Of a DNA stretch of 33,596 nucleotides, positions 30,934-33,596 are shown in pieces (the first letter of the stretch is position 1; the number at the start of each line of letters is the position of its first letter). Origin of the DNA: a virus. Lineage: Duplodnaviria > Caudoviricetes. A program made the translations under genes and the position numbers. Under the pieces are notes generated by a model. The model searched no databases and was not told the origin of the DNA. It saw nothing but the letters and a program-made list of their open reading frames with translations. The stretch is from IMG/VR virus record IMGVR_UViG_3300027890_000003, positions 1 through 33,596 of that record. One strand, written 5' to 3'.

Positions 30934-32412
30934 CTAGCCCAGGACGGTGTAGTCGGTCACTGCGGTCTGGCGGCGCCCCATCGGGTTCTTCGCCGTGCGC
31001 ATGTCCTTGCGCTGCACCGGCTCGGCAAAGGTCAGGGCCAGTGCGTCGGCGTCGTCGGGGCTGGCCAGGCCGCGCTTCTTCATGTCTTCCTTCTTCTCCA
31101 GCACGATGCGGCTGTCCTTGTCAAAGCCGTACTCACGCCCGGTCAGGTCGTCCTTGAGCTTCTCGTCGTTGTCGATGGTGCCCGTGTCCAGCCACGTCTT
31201 GACGTCGTCCAGCATCTCGGCCGACTTGTTGGCGTACTTCTTCGGGTTGCGCGCGGCCGCTCCGAAGTTGACCTCAATGACTCGATAGTTCTGGCTCTTG
31301 AGGATGTCCACCACGCCACCGCCAACACCGCCGCCGTCAATGAAGACGGCCTCGGGCTTGTAGAGATTGATAGCCTCGGCCACCTTGCCGGCGCTGAACA
31401 CCGTATCCATGCCGCGCCACTTGATCGGTCTGATCACGCGGCCGTCGCGCCCCTGGCGCCCGCGGATCACGCTTTCATCGTCGCCGAAGCGGGCAATGTC
31501 CACGCCGAGCACCAATGGCGCCCCCTCGTCTCGGAACTCCAGCCGCCGCTTCTGCGCGGCCTCGACCAGCTCTGTGCCGATGAACTGGGACACCGACTGC
31601 GATGGGAACTCCCCGCGCACCCGGACCTTCACGATGTCGCTGTCTTCGCCGTAGGTGTTCACCATTTCCTCCAGGTAAGCCTTGTTGGTTCCCTCGACAG
31701 TGCGACTGTCGATCTTGCGGGTGTGCCACAGGTGGCGGTACTTGCCAAAGCACTCTCGGAACCGGCCCGAGTTCTGCGTTGGGTTGCCGAACGCCAACCA
31801 GATGATCTCGGTGTTTTCGTCGGTAAGGGCGCCTTCAGCCACTTCCCACACCTTGGGCGCGATCTTGGACGCTTCGTCGAACACCAGGATGATGCGTTTG
31901 CCCTCGTTGTGCATGCCAGCAAAGGCCTCGGTGTTGTTCTCGCTCCAAGGACTTGCGTCAATGCGCCACGACTTCTCGGCGCCGTCCTCGGCCGCGTAGA
32001 GCGACATCGCCGGCACCTTCCACCAGTGCGCGTTGATGGCCAGGCCGGCCCACTTGCTGACCTCGGGCCAGGTCTTCGTGCGCAGCTGGGCCTCGGTGTT
32101 GGCCGTGACGACACCGCGAGCATGCGCGCAGGTCGAGACGCCCCAGTTCAGCAGCATCGAGATGAACGCCGACTTGCCGATGCCGTGACCGGACGCGACG
32201 GCAATGCGGCAGGGCTGGAATCTAGTCGCCGAGTTCGATAGGTGCTCGCCGATGATGTCGAACGTCTCGGCCTGCCAAGCGCGCGGACCAGGATGACGCT
32301 GCAGTTGGCCCTGACCCCAGTCGAACGCATAGTTTGTCCAGCCTCGCGGGTCGTGCTTGAAGCGCACTGCCGCCGCGGCGATGAGATCTTCTGCAGCGTC
32401 CTCAGCCGCCAT
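30934..32412 (-). CDS. terL: terminase large subunit
   Basis: Walker A SGHGIGKS, Walker B LVFDEAS, GNPT coupling motif, nuclease LGVDIARFGDD and SPDDADALALTFA. Confidence 0.95.
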   Translation of the reverse strand: MAAEDAAEDLIAAAAVRFKHDPRGWTNYAFDWGQGQLQRHPGPRAWQAETFDIIGEHLSNSATRFQPCRIAVASGHGIGKSAFISMLLNWGVSTCAHARGVVTANTEAQLRTKTWPEVSKWAGLAINAHWWKVPAMSLYAAEDGAEKSWRIDASPWSENNTEAFAGMHNEGKRIILVFDEASKIAPKVWEVAEGALTDENTEIIWLAFGNPTQNSGRFRECFGKYRHLWHTRKIDSRTVEGTNKAYLEEMVNTYGEDSDIVKVRVRGEFPSQSVSQFIGTELVEAAQKRRLEFRDEGAPLVLGVDIARFGDDESVIRGRQGRDGRVIRPIKWRGMDTVFSAGKVAEAINLYKPEAVFIDGGGVGGGVVDILKSQNYRVIEVNFGAAARNPKKYANKSAEMLDDVKTWLDTGTIDNDEKLKDDLTGREYGFDKDSRIVLEKKEDMKKRGLASPDDADALALTFAEPVQRKDMRTAKNPMGRRQTAVTDYTVLG

Positions 32413-32698
32413 TCTTCGCGCGCTCCTCCGCGCGTTTCAGCCGCTCACTGATGGTCGTGAGCTGCAGTGAGCCCTGAATGGTCGTCGGCAGCACCTTGCC
32501 GATCAGCGTCATGAACGCCTGCGGGTTCTTCTTGGCCTGGGCCAGCAGATAGGCCTCGCCGCCGGCCTGATCAAGCGCAGACAGGATCATGTCCTTGAGC
32601 GCCTTGGTGGCTTTGTTCGTGCTGCCCTTGGGACGCCCCGGTCCTGGCGTGCCGTCGCCGACCTTGCGTTTTCCCTGAGTTTGTTTAACTTCGGCCAT
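32402..32698 (-). CDS. terS: terminase small subunit (putative)
   Basis: GRPKGSTNKAT..LK.MI..AL...GG..YL...A..NP.AF..L.GKVLP; overlaps the terL start. Confidence 0.8.
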   Translation of the reverse strand: MAEVKQTQGKRKVGDGTPGPGRPKGSTNKATKALKDMILSALDQAGGEAYLLAQAKKNPQAFMTLIGKVLPTTIQGSLQLTTISERLKRAEERAKNGG

Positions 32699-33057
32699 CA
32701 CGCCGGCTCCTTCACCTTCTTCGCCCGCTTCACCGCCGGCTTAGCCGCTGCCGGCCACTGCGGCAGGCTCTGCACACGCGGACCAGATGACTCTGCCCGG
32801 TTGTTCGGCACGCGGTGGCCGCGCACGACCTCGACCATGTAGACCGTCTCCAGCTTGCGCTTGGTGACCTTGCACCACAGTGCAAGCAGCGCGGCGCCAC
32901 GCCAGTAGGTCGGCTGCACGCCGGCGCGGTAGTGACTGAGCATGCGGTCGGTGAGGTCCACGTTCATGGCCTTGCCAATGTCGGCCTGGCTGTGCCCAGC
33001 GGCCACCATGTCTTCGATGATGCGCCCCCAGTCTGGCGCGAGCTGGGGGTTCTTCAT
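32698..33057 (-). CDS. HTH-like DNA-binding protein
   Basis: PDW.RII.D....G.SQADIG.......LS.Y..G.QP....G..LL.LW, resembling a Cro/XRE-like HTH. Confidence 0.65.
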   Translation of the reverse strand: MKNPQLAPDWGRIIEDMVAAGHSQADIGKAMNVDLTDRMLSHYRAGVQPTYWRGAALLALWCKVTKRKLETVYMVEVVRGHRVPNNRAESSGPRVQSLPQWPAAAKPAVKRAKKVKEPA

Positions 33058-33070
33058 CGCGCGGCCCCAA

Positions 33071-33250
33071 CTACAAACCGCCGATGAGCTTCTTCAAAGC
33101 CCAGTAGGTCTGGAACGGGTTGGCGATCACCAGAGCGCAGACCAGCAGCGCGCGCGTCTCGCTCTGGCCGTGCGGGAATGCCACCATGACCAGCTGCACC
33201 AGGGCCATGGTGATGGCGGTGGAGACGATGAAGATGAGGATCTTGGCCAT
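33071..33250 (-). CDS. 59-aa two-TM membrane protein (not in ORF track)
   Basis: MAKILIFIVSTAITMALVQLVMVAFPHGQSETRALLVCALVIANPFQTYWALKKLIGGL*; GC3-rich codons; CATAAT 8 nt upstream. Confidence 0.65.
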   Translation of the reverse strand: MAKILIFIVSTAITMALVQLVMVAFPHGQSETRALLVCALVIANPFQTYWALKKLIGGL

Positions 33251-33283
33251 GGGCCGCGATTATGCGTGTTGTCGGTGTCGTGG

Positions 33284-33556
33284 TCACGGCTTTCTCCATT
33301 CCTCGGGCGGCACGCGGCGAAGTGACCCATCGGGCGACACCTCGGAGATGGCCGTGCCGTAGGTGATCAGGTCGGGCAGCATCTCCGCGTGGACCTGCTT
33401 CACGCGCTCCTCGCTAACGCCCAGCTGCTCGCACGCGCGCCGGAATCGCAGCCCGCGCTCACCCTTGGCCAGGAACAGATTGGCCAGCGCCTGTGCGCGG
33501 CAGCCGGTGCAGCCTTGGGAGGGCTCGGCGGAGATGGCGCAGTCGGGGCAGGTCAA
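33284..33556 (-). CDS. hypothetical protein with CxxC/CxxC N-terminus
   Basis: TTG start overlapping the upstream TGA; MTCPDC...CTGCRA. Confidence 0.65.
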   Translation of the reverse strand: MTCPDCAISAEPSQGCTGCRAQALANLFLAKGERGLRFRRACEQLGVSEERVKQVHAEMLPDLITYGTAISEVSPDGSLRRVPPEEWRKP

Positions 33557-33596
33557 GCTGCGGCCTCCAGCAGATCGCCCTGCACCACCGGCATCG
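33553..33596 (-). CDS. C-terminal end of a gene truncated by the window
   Basis: ...MPVVQGDLLEAAA*; TTGA overlap with the next gene, GGAGG serving as its RBS. Confidence 0.5.
   Translation of the reverse strand, partial: MPVVQGDLLEAAA

Noticed and set aside
20829-32241. Long + strand ORFs (20829..22376, 22847..24412, 28733..30355, 30781..32241, and similarly 14719..16218)
   Set aside because: Antisense shadows of well-supported GC-rich structural genes, with no recognisable motifs.

Overview
GC-rich temperate podovirus-type phage DNA, probably infecting a Betaproteobacterium/Burkholderiales (inference from the tRNA fragment and gene families). It has two convergent arms. The + strand arm (1-9149) is an early region: YqaJ-like exonuclease (partial), RecT, then many small accessory genes including an HNH-AP2 endonuclease, a C5-cytosine methyltransferase encoded in two overlapping frames, and a dATP/dGTP diphosphohydrolase-like protein. 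Most of these genes are separated by a conserved stop-codon-anchored repeat (about AAGCCC-TGA-AACCCAAKCCCC). The arm ends in the 3' half of a tRNA-Leu (attP-like) with no adjacent integrase. The - strand arm (9239-33596) is a BPP-1/epsilon15/T7-like morphogenesis region: TerS, TerL, portal, scaffold, major capsid, decoration proteins, an extra mosaic beta-helix protein, tail tubular A/B, internal virion proteins, a tailspike and a four-gene membrane/holin-like module with no endolysin. The late region carries three copies of a bipartite motif GAAAAACGTTCGC-N12-GAC(AT/CA)TGCC. Best leads: the repeat-delimited gene-cassette array ending at the tRNA-derived att-like site, a stand-alone paralogue of the RecT C-terminal domain, the dual-frame methyltransferase, the late promoter motif, and a P22-coat-like insertion domain inside a beta-helix protein. 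All family calls come from motif recognition by eye, not database searches.
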